A stretch of 64,000 bases of DNA, from sequence record OZ196593.1. One strand, 5' to 3'. Position numbers and translations under genes: made by a program. Every line of letters begins with the position of its first letter. The first letter of the stretch is position 1. The notes below the pieces were generated by a model, which saw only the letters and a program-made list of their open reading frames with translations, was not told where the DNA came from and did not search any database. Positions 11,069 to 21,957 of this stretch are shown one piece after another.

Positions 11069-11779
11069 ATGAAGTTCGAACAGTTTATGGAATCGTTGAA
11101 TCGCACAGTGCCGATACGTTGGAATCATTCGCCTAGCAGAGACCAAGGTGTATTTCGTGTTGGTAGTGAAGAGTATCACATACAGATTAGCAAGCTGAAC
11201 AATGAAAGCACATTGAACGTGTCATTCACGGGTGCTAATGCCGATGGTGAGCAATCTCATAGCGCGAGTGGTAAAGGGAATGAGTTAACGGTACTAGCTA
11301 CGGTTATACAAGGGATACGTGAGTCTATTGAGCTATACGATCCAGCCAAGATATCATTCGTAGCGAATGCAGACGTATCGAGTCGTAAAAAGCTTTATGA
11401 CAGAATGGTGAAGAAGTTCGCGAAAGAAGAGAATTACAAGTACATCATTTCTGGTGATAACTATACGCTAGTGCGTGACAGCAAGAAGCATATGTCTTTG
11501 CCGAAGCACGATGACTTGAGCGACGCTATGCTATCGCCAGCCACTGTTGATGACGACCTCATTATGGCGGTTGGATTTGATTCAAGCGATTTATCTGAGA
11601 AAGAGATAGACATTTTAGCAGCGCATCCCGACTTGTATGGTTTTACTATTGGTGTTCAGACATGGACAGACGTGATGATTCCAGATGGTGAACAGCCGAG
11701 CGTAGCAGCGATTGAATCAGTGTTTAACAGCATTGGGTTATCGAGTATCATACCTAAGATTAAGTATTACGCAAATTAG
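11069..11779 (+). CDS. Putative internal head (capsid-targeted) protein
   Basis: N-terminus MKFEQFMES resembles T4 capsid-targeting sequences (MKTY/FxEFxxE); late-promoter-like site upstream. Confidence 0.45.
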   Translation: MKFEQFMESLNRTVPIRWNHSPSRDQGVFRVGSEEYHIQISKLNNESTLNVSFTGANADGEQSHSASGKGNELTVLATVIQGIRESIELYDPAKISFVANADVSSRKKLYDRMVKKFAKEENYKYIISGDNYTLVRDSKKHMSLPKHDDLSDAMLSPATVDDDLIMAVGFDSSDLSEKEIDILAAHPDLYGFTIGVQTWTDVMIPDGEQPSVAAIESVFNSIGLSSIIPKIKYYAN

Positions 11780-11786
11780 GTGAAAC

Positions 11787-12353
11787 ATGGCAAAGCTTTA
11801 TTACAACTATAGTGCAATGAACGCGGGCAAGTCTGCTCAGTTATTGCAAGCTGCTCATAACTACGAGCAGAATGGCAGTCACGTATGGTACTTTAACTAC
11901 TACGCTGACAATCGTTTTGGAACGGGTAAGATCTCTAGTCGAATTGGTTTAGAGCATGACGCAATCATGTTCAGTGAAGACTTTGATTTTCGCCATTACT
12001 TTATGACTGAGACTACTACGCCGAAAGCGATCTTCATAGATGAATGTCAGTTCTTAACGCCAGAACAGGTGCTTGTTCTAGGTCGAATTGTTGACGAGTT
12101 CAATATCCCTGTGTTATGTTACGGTATACGCAATGATTACATGGGTAATTTATTTGCGGGTTCTGCTGCGCTTATGTGTCATGCAGATGAGATACGCGAG
12201 ATTAAAGCGATGTGCAGTCATCCGAGTTGTGGTAAGAAAGCGACTCATATTGCATTGTACATTGGCGGAGAGCGCGTTTTAGATGGTGAACAGACATATA
12301 TCGGTGATACAGATTACCGTAGTTTATGTCGCAAACATTTTATGAGAGAATAG
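11787..12353 (+). CDS. tk: Thymidine kinase
   Basis: YSAMNAGKS P-loop, ISSRIG, IFIDECQF, VLCYGIRNDY, IGDTDYRSLCRKH. Confidence 0.97.
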   Translation: MAKLYYNYSAMNAGKSAQLLQAAHNYEQNGSHVWYFNYYADNRFGTGKISSRIGLEHDAIMFSEDFDFRHYFMTETTTPKAIFIDECQFLTPEQVLVLGRIVDEFNIPVLCYGIRNDYMGNLFAGSAALMCHADEIREIKAMCSHPSCGKKATHIALYIGGERVLDGEQTYIGDTDYRSLCRKHFMRE

Positions 12354-12354
12354 C

Positions 12355-13209
12355 ATGGGCTTTATAGAGTTCTTAGTTACGCTGTCTTTTTGTTACGTTG
12401 GTAACATATTAGGGCGTACAATATCAGTGAGCAATGGTTACTACAAAGGTAAAGAACCATACGCATTTAAAAACATGAATCACGTAATGAACGTTGCAAT
12501 TGCATTGTTCGTGTGGTCACTTCCCCTATAGGTATATTATGAAATACGTACGTTATGTTGAACGCAATGACAACGAAGGCGAGACATGGATTCGTTGGTT
12601 AAAAGAGACTGACCCATTGCTGTCAGTTTTGAAAGAGTATCTTTCTCGTATCTCACTTGAAGCAGAGGGTTTTGACCCAGACGCTTACGAGCTTGAGACT
12701 TACGAAGATGGTGACCTTGTTCTATATGATGAAGCTTATGTGCAAGCGACGCTTGACGAGAGCGATTATCATGATGGTTATTTTGATGCATATCGCGTCG
12801 TAGCTATCCATTCGAAGTTCTCGCTTGATTGGATTAAAGACGGTGATCCAGCCGAGCAGCTTTACAAACTACAACATTTGGTGAACATTTAATGAAAACG
12901 ATTATTGAACATGCGACGGCATGGAATAAAGAGCGCGGTTATGACTGCTCAGAAGATGGTCTAGTAGAGACTATTGTCGAGTGTCTAAGTGAATACACAG
13001 TACAGACTACAACCGAGTCTGAGCATCGTTGGTATGATAGACGTTCGGTAGTGCATCAAATCACTATTGATGGTGTAGCTCGATACTTCTCGATTCCTGA
13101 CTTTCATATTACTGGTGACAATAGCGCACGTGATATGGGCTTAGAAGTTGAGTTAAGCGACATTAAAGAAGTGTACGCGAAAGAGATCACTACTACAGTG
13201 TACGAATAG
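12355..13209 (+). other. Small hypothetical CDS: 12355-12531 (TM), 12539-12892, 12892-13209
   Basis: Coupled ORFs. Confidence 0.7.
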
Positions 13210-13228
13210 CGTGACTTGAGTCACACAA
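13207..13228. promoter_or_regulatory. CRP-box-like palindrome
   Basis: CGTGA-CTTGAG-TCACA (9/10 core match to TGTGA-N6-TCACA). Confidence 0.5.
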
Positions 13229-13252
13229 AAGCCCCTTAATTGGGGTTTTTTT
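13227..13252 (+). terminator. Intrinsic terminator
   Basis: AAAAGCCCC-TTAATT-GGGGTTTTTTT. Confidence 0.85.
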
Positions 13253-13272
13253 AGGTTTAATGAAAATACCGG

Positions 13273-13301
13273 TTTACAGCCTAATGGTAAAAGCGTAATA
13301 T
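13273..13301 (+). promoter_or_regulatory. sigma70-type early promoter
   Basis: TTTACA-17-TAATAT; leader CATCGAAACG...GAGAGAATATTATG. Confidence 0.8.
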
Positions 13302-13351
13302 TAACTCATCGAAACGCACAACGCGATTCACAACTGAAAAGAGAGAATATT

Positions 13352-13957
13352 ATGCCTTCTAATCTAAACAAACTTAAAATCAAAGACATTCGCGACTTCG
13401 GTATCTCTACTGTAGAATACAAGGGATTCGAAATCATGGCTACTGAAGACGATGGTGAAATCGTACTAGCAGCAATCGTTTCTTACGACGAAAACTCTGA
13501 CGCTCACGTTTCTGTACTAGAAATCTGCGGTGACACGATGAAAGAAGCGAAAGAACTACTTGTTCTTGAGTTGAACGACATCAAGCACACTTCTAACGAG
13601 ATTAAAGAACTAGCGATTAAGCACAGCTTCGTTGGTCACTACGACAAGCTTCTTAACAAACTAGCTGCGCCGAAAGCAACTAAAGCTGCTAAAGCTAAGA
13701 CTGTGAAAGTTGCGCCAGTAACTAAGCCAGTTGAAGTAACGGGTACAGTTGTTAAGCCACTTAATGCACGCGGTGCAGCGGGTCGTGACCAAGTACGTGT
13801 ACTAGCTGAAGAGAATCTAATGATGAGCGCAATCAAATTCGAACAGCGTGGCAAATACAAAGACTGGTACATCATGGCTGCTGATGTTGAAGGCAAAGAG
13901 TTCGAACAGCGCCTAGACGTATTCAAGAAATCTCTACGCACTAAAGGTATTCTATAA
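13352..13957 (+). CDS. Early protein: acidic N-domain, Ala/Lys-rich linker, C-terminal domain
   Basis: 201 aa; AAPKATKAAKAKTVKVAPVTKP linker. Confidence 0.8.
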   Translation: MPSNLNKLKIKDIRDFGISTVEYKGFEIMATEDDGEIVLAAIVSYDENSDAHVSVLEICGDTMKEAKELLVLELNDIKHTSNEIKELAIKHSFVGHYDKLLNKLAAPKATKAAKAKTVKVAPVTKPVEVTGTVVKPLNARGAAGRDQVRVLAEENLMMSAIKFEQRGKYKDWYIMAADVEGKEFEQRLDVFKKSLRTKGIL

Positions 13958-16433
13958 TGAACAAGCTAATAAGAGCCATTCTGTGGCTCTTCATTCAAGC
14001 GCGATGGGCTTACTTTCATATCAGTCCATCGTATAAGAAGTTCTACATGATTGCAGACGAAGCGCACTTTCAGCATTTAAAGCGCGGTACGATTCACTCT
14101 AACTTATCGCTGAGGGATGCTAATGACGTTTCTAGTTAGAATGCACGAGCAGCAAATGCAAGAAGCTCTAGCAGTGTTAGGCGCACATTTAGAAGAGTGC
14201 GGTTTAACAGACAAAGCGAGTAATCACAGAGCGAAGCTAATGGGCTGTGAAGTTGACGAGTGGCGTTGGAATGATCTAGAAGACAGCACATCGCCAGTAT
14301 ACGAAGCACTGATCGTCGTACAAGGTTACGATTGGATGATTGGTGCAGATTTGAACTTGAAAAGCAAACATGAAATTCGGAGAACGAAATGACTTATCTA
14401 GAAAAATTACAAGCACTGCGCGATGAACTAGAATCACACTTAGATATCGGTACGTCGCTAGATTATATCCGTTCATCATACGGTTTATGTACGTTCTTCA
14501 ACGCTGAGTTTAAATATGATTTGAAAGAGTGGTGGGTGATCGAGCTTGAGAAAGTTGAGCGTGTTAATCCGAATTACGCAACTGTAATGCGCTCACACGA
14601 GTCAGACGGGTTCTACATCTATGATCGCACGTTCACTGCTACGCCATGCCAGATGTACGGTGATGAGCTATACGAGGGCGTTCAAGGTAACATGCGTCTT
14701 GAAGTATTGAACTTTATTCTGGAGAAGTACAATGGCTGATATGATTGGTGTTGCTATTTACTTGTTTGGTCTTGTTGCTATCGCGCTTTACATCGTTATT
14801 ACTGAAGTGCGCGACAACAAAGACAAGAAAACGCGTGATGATTTCGGTTCACATGTTTTTGTAATCTCGATTGCATGGCCAGTTGTGGGTATGTTGTTAC
14901 TGTGTGGTGGTTTAGCTGAACTAACAGATCGCGGTTTCACTGCATTAATAGAAAAGCTAAAGGGGCGTTAGATGCGAAAGTTCACTATCTCAAGAGCGCG
15001 TGTTGTCTATGATCGCACGATAATCGAAACTGCCGAAGACTTGCTAGAGAACATCACAGACGTTCGACGTTACAATGATGAGCTTGATTTGTATTACTCA
15101 GACGGTCGTCCGGGTATGTTGTCGAAGCTCACTGATATTAAATGTGACGATGTTGGCTTTGATGGTAAAACATTCGAAGACGCGTTGGCTCATTTCAAAG
15201 CCAACCACGAAAAATACTGGGAGGCTCTATGCAACCAATATTCGTAGGCGATAGACTGCCAGAAGTTAGCGGTGAATATTTCTGCATACGTTTTGGTATG
15301 TCTTATGCGCCAGAGCCGATTGACTTTCACGCGCCTGATGAAGACGACGAAGACGATTACCCGCGATGGGGTGATACGATACCGCATTACGGTGGTGGCG
15401 GTGTTGTGCCGTACAAAGAGTTGTCAAATCGTGAGAAATACTTTCGAGATAACTACGGTCGCGTGATGTATTGGTTCGAAAAGCCAGAAGCTACGTTGTC
15501 ACATTCGCAATTTGTTGAGTTCATGCTTGATGAAATGCGCGAGAAGAACATTGACCCCGACGAAGTAACGGGAGTTGCAGACTACAGGAAACACGAATGG
15601 AAACTTTAACTACATATCGTTGTGAGTATTGCGGTGAGATTTCGCCAGAGCAAAAAGTTATTGCTATTTGTGAAGATCGCTGTGCCAGACACAAAACATT
15701 TTTAGACGTTAAGCGTCTTGGTGATATTCAAGCAGAGGCTTACTTGGACAGCATTCGTTTACGTGCTTGCAGCATTCCGCACTTGTTCAAGATCATTCTA
15801 GACGAAGAAGACTTGATCATGGCAGCGGTAGCGCGTTTGCATTTCGTAGATAAACGTCCGCCACCACGCATGTACAATTTCAGTTATGAGCACGTACACT
15901 TCACGAACGCGTATCAGCCGTTCAAAGAAGATCGTATGACGCACAGCTCACCGATTGGTAAGCCGCGTTGCCCGCAGTGGCCTAAAGAAGCGACCGTCTC
16001 GGGGTTAGCTGCTGCTGTGCGAATCAACTTCAAACAGAAAGGCAACAAGAAGCGCATTGATATTTACGAAAAGTACATTCAGTATATCCCTGGTATCAAT
16101 ACGGGTACTGGTGGTGGCTGTGAGAGCGTAAATATTTATTTGACTTTGTGGAAAGAAGACTTTCCATTAATGGGGTGATTATGTTGACATTCGACGAACG
16201 ATTGCGTTTACTAGAGCAAGAGCTAGAGAAGAAAACGCCAGATCAAGTGCTTGCTGAGTTGCAGAGTCACGCAGCAATCGGTCCGAACGCTGATGAGTAT
16301 TGCAAAACACTGGTTAAGAGCGATGGTTAAGTTTTTTGCATGTTGGTTATTGATGATTGTTATGTTAGGCATAGCAAGTCGTGGTGCAATGCCGACAATT
16401 GATTTTCCAATTATTTACTCAATTAAGAACTAG
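13957..16433 (+). other. Array of small hypothetical CDS: 13957-14139, 14117-14392, 14389-14739, 14732-14971 (TM), 14972-15247, 15229-15609 (DUF551-like), 15597-16178 (N-terminal CxxC), 16181-16330, 16323-16433 (TM)
   Basis: Coupled ORFs; 15229 has RLPEVSGEYFC...VMYWFEKPE, a DUF551-like pattern. Confidence 0.7.
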
Positions 16434-16442
16434 ATCACATTT
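16421..16442. promoter_or_regulatory. CRP-box-like site
   Basis: AATTAAGAACTAGATCACATTT, 18/22 to the CRP consensus AAATGTGATCTAGATCACATTT. Confidence 0.6.
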
Positions 16443-16478
16443 AAAGGGTTGCTTCGGCAGCCCTTTTCGCGTTATATT
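16443..16478 (+). promoter_or_regulatory. Terminator hairpin fused with early promoter
   Basis: AAAGGGTTGC-TTCG-GCAGCCCTTTT holds the -35 TTGCTT (16449); TATATT at 16473; leader AGCTCTATCGAAACGAAAC. Confidence 0.8.
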
Positions 16479-16508
16479 AGCTCTATCGAAACGAAACGGA
16501 GCAACACA

Positions 16509-17338
16509 ATGACTGAACTAATGAACTTGCGCGATGTATTCGTCGCAGCACGCGGAGAGATTGTAAAAGAAACGCACTTACGTGGTGTTAATCTTCCTGC
16601 TCAGTGGGTAGCAGAGTGTATCTTTGTTGATTATCTAACTGCTAATCAGCGTCAGACGTTGCACAATACGTTTGAATCACGCGCTCATTCTGTTGCATTC
16701 ATTCTTGAAAACATGAAGTAGAGGTCTGTATGTACACTGATCCTGACATCATTAAGACACGTACGTTCATCAAGTCAGCGCACGGACAAGCTCTTATGTG
16801 CAACGTAGACCTGTCTGATACCTTATTAGATGCTAACAGTGACCAAGAAGCTGTACTTGTTCAGTACATCGCAACTGACGAGTTTGAAAACACTGATTTC
16901 GACGAATCAGAGTATGCAGAACTCGACTCGTACATGTATTGTGGTTATTGGTCAAAAAGTTACATTATGGGCTTGCAATTACCAATCAAGTCTGTATAAT
17001 ACTTGATATCAACTTAACGCAGAGAGAACATTATGAACTACACACAGCAAACTATCAAAACTTGTATCGCTACAATCGAACGTCTTGTGCCAAAAAACAA
17101 GATTACTAAAGGTGCGATTCAGAAAGTTCGTGTTGAGTACATGGGTTCAAACAAAGGTAACTTTGATCAAGAGACTCGTATTGCGTTAAGTTCTATCTGT
17201 CACAGTGCAGAACGTCAGCTTGATCGCAAAGCTGCTAATCGTCCGTCGTTTATGAAGTGTGCAGAAACGCACTTGAACTTCGATTGGAATAACATTCCTG
17301 GGTGCATCGGTTTCGAACGCATCACGGTAGAGGCATAA
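16509..17338 (+). other. Hypothetical early CDS: 16509-16721, 16730-16999, 17033-17338
   Basis: ORFs after early leaders; a second promoter TTGCAA-16-TATAAT (16973-17000) and GAGAGAACATTATG precede 17033. Confidence 0.75.
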
Positions 17339-17340
17339 TT

Positions 17341-17619
17341 ATGAACTTTTTTAAGAAAATTCGTGCGCTATTCGCAGAACCTGCACTGCCAGAAATCGGT
17401 AGTATCTGGATTCACAACCCTCACGCGCAGAAGTACACAAAGGATTTAGACTTAGCTATTGTCACGAACGTGTCAGAAGCGAACAACACAGTTACGATGA
17501 CGTGGTATCGTTTAGATGGTCGCTTAGTCACAGTGAGTATCATGAAAGCGAGTAACTTGACTATTCCGGTTCGAGCGTTCTATCAACAACTATCAGAAGA
17601 GTACAAAGATCGTGACTAG
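17341..17619 (+). CDS. Amphipathic-anchor beta-barrel family protein (P-x-(I/V)-G motif)
   Basis: PEIGSIWIH...AIVTNVSEANNTV; similar to 18302, 18616 and 18949. Confidence 0.65.
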   Translation: MNFFKKIRALFAEPALPEIGSIWIHNPHAQKYTKDLDLAIVTNVSEANNTVTMTWYRLDGRLVTVSIMKASNLTIPVRAFYQQLSEEYKDRD

Positions 17620-18028
17620 AATAAACTGCGTGCCCGTTGAAACGCTCTCTGATAAGCATTTGCTTGCCGAATACAAAGAGATTTCTCGCCCATTCAACAA
17701 GGTTCAGAAGCGCATAGAAGCTGATACAATGAGTAATATCAATGTAGCTGAACATTACATTCTTGGCACAGGGCACGAAACGTTTTTCTTTGACAAACTT
17801 TTGTACTTGCACACGCGCTATGTTGCTCTCATCGAAGAGTTATTGCATCGCGATTTCAACATCAACGTTGAGCAATTCGAAGAAATTAGCGATTGGATTG
17901 TGACTACGTTTGAAAACACGCCGTATTGGAATGATTGGACACCTCGTCCAGAAGACATGTATTTGAATATGGCAAGACTAGTAAAGCGTTCGAACTTCGA
18001 CGCAGCAAAAGAAGAGGCAGTATCATGA
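17612..18028 (+). CDS. denV: Pyrimidine dimer DNA glycosylase (T4 endonuclease V family)
   Basis: MTRIN..P...L.DKHLLAEY.EI.R and LGTGH.TFF.DKL.YL motifs. Confidence 0.93.
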   Translation: MTRINCVPVETLSDKHLLAEYKEISRPFNKVQKRIEADTMSNINVAEHYILGTGHETFFFDKLLYLHTRYVALIEELLHRDFNINVEQFEEISDWIVTTFENTPYWNDWTPRPEDMYLNMARLVKRSNFDAAKEEAVS

Positions 18029-19624
18029 TTAAACTATCACTAGCTATCGCGTCTGAATTTACAGACAAAACAGACCGCGTGCTGCCAACTGACATCGTTA
18101 CACGCGTAAACGAGCGCGTATCAAAGTTCGGTTGGAATTATTACACTGCTGAGTCGAAGTGGTTAGACACTGCTGATCGCGATGTTGTGTTCGATTTCAT
18201 CGCTGAAGAACTCGGCTTTCAAGATGGTTGGCCACTGTTCGGCTCGTCAATGGAATACACTCAGTCGTTTTTCAACAAACTATCAGAACTGGAGAAAGCA
18301 GATGCTTAAACGAATCAAAGCATGGCTCAAGAAATTCGAGCCTACACCAATTGAAATCGGTCAGCAATACGCTCACGTTGACAATACATGGCAACTCAAG
18401 ACAGAGAAAGTGAGCATTATTGAAATCACTAACGTATCTGTTGATGGTAAAGATGCGTTGTACTCTCATATTCGAGTTGCCGGCATGACACCTGCATACA
18501 TTGAACCGTCATCGCCGTTCCCACGTGAAGATTACAAAACAACTGCTGCGTATCTTCGAAGCAAACACATGCGTCTGTTGACTGAAGACGAGCGAATCGA
18601 CCACGGGTACTTCTAATGAAAAATGCTATTAGAACGTTGTGGCGTGATATGAAAGTGTTCATTGTCATGCTTATCATGTGCGTGTCACTCATCGTCGGGT
18701 CGATGCTCGATCACAATAGAGTGTTTGAGTCTGATCCGCACGTTGGCGAACATTGGGTATCGTATCAAGAGCCTGAGTTTCACGATGAAGAACGATTAGT
18801 AACTCGCGTGAAAGTCGATGCAATCTCGCTTGATGGTGATAAGGTACGTTACCGCTATGAAATGATCGATAACGAAACATCACACGCCCCTGATATGACG
18901 TTCGAAACGAACAAGAAATGGTTCAAACAAATCTACGACAAGGAATAAATGATGGCTTTAGCACACGACCCACGAGAAGAAGAAAACGAAAACCTAAGAG
19001 CGTCGTCACATATGCTCCCTCATAAGCGTCGTGTGCCGTCACCACCAAAGGCACCGAAAGAGCCTGACATCCCTGAAATCAAAACAGTCAAGATCAAAGA
19101 AAAGACGTGGTGGGATTACTTGAAGACCACTATGGTATTCGCGATGATTATAATGTTCTTCTGTGCATTGGTTGAGATTGTAGATCGCCCAGATATTGGT
19201 GACATTTACTACACATCGACGAGCACAGGGTGGGAATCTGAAGAAGATACACGCGTTTACATTGAAATCGTTGACGTGAACGACGATAAAGGTCTAGTTC
19301 GCTATAAGTTTTTAGACAATCGTCGCCCTGAAGTGAAAGAAATGCAATACTACGTGCTACACAATCTTTTTGAAGAATCATATTTTGGAGTTATTGGAAA
19401 TGAAAGCAACCGACAAACAAATATATCTGTGCAACTTGCTCATTGATAATGGCGCGCCATTTGAGCTGAAGCACCCGCACGAGAACAGCATCGAAGCTGC
19501 TGACGCGTTCATAAAAGAGAATCGTCACTATCTACAGCGCGGTCTTGTCAAGCATGAGAACTATTACCAAGCGATGACTGAAGGCGGAATGACGCCCGAA
19601 GACTTCGGTGTGCTGAATATGTGA
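18025..19624 (+). other. CDS 18025-18309, 18302-18616, 18616-18948 (TM), 18949-19446 (Pro-rich, TM), 19400-19624
   Basis: Coupled ORFs; three share the P-x-(I/V)-G-x-x-(W/Y) beta motif. Confidence 0.7.
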
Positions 19625-19638
19625 TGTAGATCACTAGA
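19617..19638. promoter_or_regulatory. CRP-box-like site
   Basis: ATATGTGATGTAGATCACTAGA: TGTGA-N6-TCACT, ending 9 bp upstream of the -35. Confidence 0.6.
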
Positions 19639-19644
19639 AAGTGG

Positions 19645-19673
19645 TTGTGCTGTGAGTCGATAAAGCCTATTAT
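19645..19673 (+). promoter_or_regulatory. sigma70-type early promoter inside a nested inverted repeat
   Basis: TTGTGC-17-TATTAT; leader GCGAGAACATTATG (ATG 19710). Confidence 0.75.
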
Positions 19674-19709
19674 AGCTTTACTGACACAGCACAACGAAGC
19701 GAGAACATT

Positions 19710-20812
19710 ATGACTTACACAGAAGCTAAAGCATCAACTGACTTAATCAAGACTGTTTGTGCAATCAACGAAGAGCAGTTTTACGAAATCATTTCTGCTT
19801 CTAACGCTGCGACTGACTTCGAGTTTTCAGCAATGTTCATGCGTGCGCAGTCAAACGCTCGTAAACAATCGTTAATCAACTACTAAGGTATTACAATGAG
19901 TAAATCATTTATCTTGAAAGTTAAAATTTGGCGTGCGACTCGCGCAGTCGTTCTTTTCACTCACGCAGTATGCGTAGCAATAGCGAGATCTTTCTAATGG
20001 AACCAATGACTCTGCGCGTTCAGCGCAAACGTACTCTTCATCTTGAAGTTGGTACGCGTGTCGAGATATTCGGCAACGGTGAAGTACATCGCGGTGATGT
20101 TGTTCACATCGGCTCAACCGTCGTGTGTGAGGGTGAGAGAAAAGCATTCTCATTCACTCATAAAATCGTTCAAGGCGAAGATGTGAGTATCAATGGTCAC
20201 GTGAGAGGTCATGTTTTCTATGGTGGTGATAAGCACGCCCTTGAATGGAAAAATGGTCTGCCACAGATTAGCGTAGTCGAAACGTTCGCTGAACAAATCG
20301 GTGTACTTGATTCAGTACCAGTTAAAGTAACTGGCGATGAATATGTATCACAATTCGAAGTAGTCTACTACAACGACGTATCAGTGTGTTTACGCGACCC
20401 GCGCTCAGACGAGCTATACGTTTTCTATCGCGGTGAGTCAACGAGCACTTGCGAAGCTGCAACATTGGAGCATGTATTATCATGATAGTTTATCAAAATG
20501 CAACTGCGAACGATAAAATGGTTCGCTTTGAGTTACTAGGGAAGCAGACTCAAAAACGTGTAGCAGCAAAGGGCGTGCTACGTGTTGAAAAAGAAGCTGT
20601 TGAAACGTTCAAACTACTGAGCACTACAACACTGGATTAGAAATGATTGAGATCATCGATTCAAAGCCAATTGGTTTTGAGCAGTTCAATGAATTAATCG
20701 ATAGCGGCGTTGAAATTGAAAAGCGCCGCGTAGCACTTAAACAAGAAGAAAGCGTGAACTGGTTTTTAATGCGCTTTCACACACACGGAAACGGAGACAT
20801 CTATGAACGATA
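19710..20812 (+). other. Small CDS: 19710-19886, 19896-19997, 19997-20485, 20482-20640, 20643-20812
   Basis: Translated by eye where absent from the track; coupled starts and stops. Confidence 0.65.
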
Positions 20813-21957
20813 ACGAACGCAAGGGTTTACCAGCCGATATCGATTTAGTCGAGTCAGCAATCAAAGCACTGAAACGCAAGCCGAATGATGTACGTCGTTC
20901 GCGTCACTTGAACTCAGTTATGCAACGTCTGGGTGGTCAGATTGATACCAAGATTGGTGAGTTGATGCGATATAACCATGTTGGTGTTATTGGTAAGTTT
21001 CATAATTACCATCAAGGTCACTTTAAGCTAATCAAGCACGCACTTGAACTTGGTAAAACTGTGACTGTGTTCTTGTGTCAAGAAGACGATGATCCCGTGC
21101 CTACGTACAAGCGTGTTGGTTGGATGTACGGTGACTTTGGTCGTCGTATTAACATCGAAGTGATTCAGCCGTCAAGTCACAACTTGTCAAACAAGTCTGA
21201 GTCTGATCGTCAAGTCAGTAAAGAGTGGGCGGGGTTCTTCGATGACAACTATCCAGAAGTTGAAGCGTTCGTCGGCTCTGAGCAATACATCATGTACTGT
21301 GCTGAATATGGTAACTTCGATGGTGTTATGTATGATGAAGCGCGAACCATCACGCCATGTAGCAGCACGCAAGTTCGCAAACAGAATCAACATGAATTCT
21401 ATTCGCCTGCTGCACAGCAAGACCGCGTTACGAAGATCGCGTTCATCGGTCCCGAGTCTTGTGGTAAGTCTGTGACTGCTGAACTGATTTGCGAATCAAA
21501 TGGATTTGAACTTATCACTGAGCAAGCACGCGACATGATGGACGACACGTTTTACACGATGCAAGACTTGAATGAGTTTGCAGCCGCGCAGAATGTCGAG
21601 ATCGTCAAGTCTGGTAAGAAAAGTGACGTTGTAATCGCTGACTCAAGCGCAGTAACTACAGCAATGTATGCGAAGCAAACGTTCGGTGAAGTTCCAAACA
21701 CGCTTGGTGCGTTAGCTGCGTTCGAAGATATCGATGCATACGTTCTATTCAGTCCATTTGAGTTCGTTCAAGACGGTACGCGTGTACAGACTGAGCAGCA
21801 ACGCAATGAATGGTTCTACAACGCGCAGCAATTTTTACTGAATTCAAACAAGCCGTTTCTGTATGTTCGCAAGGGCAATACGTGGGATGAACGTGCTCAA
21901 GAAGCTGCGCAAGCAGTATCACTACTCAAACATAAGGTTCAAAATGATGATGCCTAG
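20803..21957 (+). CDS. nadR: NadR-like bifunctional NMN adenylyltransferase / nicotinamide riboside kinase
   Basis: GKFHNYHQGH (HxGH), EAFVGSEQY, P-loop GPESCGKS, EFVQDGTR. Confidence 0.9.
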   Translation: MNDNERKGLPADIDLVESAIKALKRKPNDVRRSRHLNSVMQRLGGQIDTKIGELMRYNHVGVIGKFHNYHQGHFKLIKHALELGKTVTVFLCQEDDDPVPTYKRVGWMYGDFGRRINIEVIQPSSHNLSNKSESDRQVSKEWAGFFDDNYPEVEAFVGSEQYIMYCAEYGNFDGVMYDEARTITPCSSTQVRKQNQHEFYSPAAQQDRVTKIAFIGPESCGKSVTAELICESNGFELITEQARDMMDDTFYTMQDLNEFAAAQNVEIVKSGKKSDVVIADSSAVTTAMYAKQTFGEVPNTLGALAAFEDIDAYVLFSPFEFVQDGTRVQTEQQRNEWFYNAQQFLLNSNKPFLYVRKGNTWDERAQEAAQAVSLLKHKVQNDDA

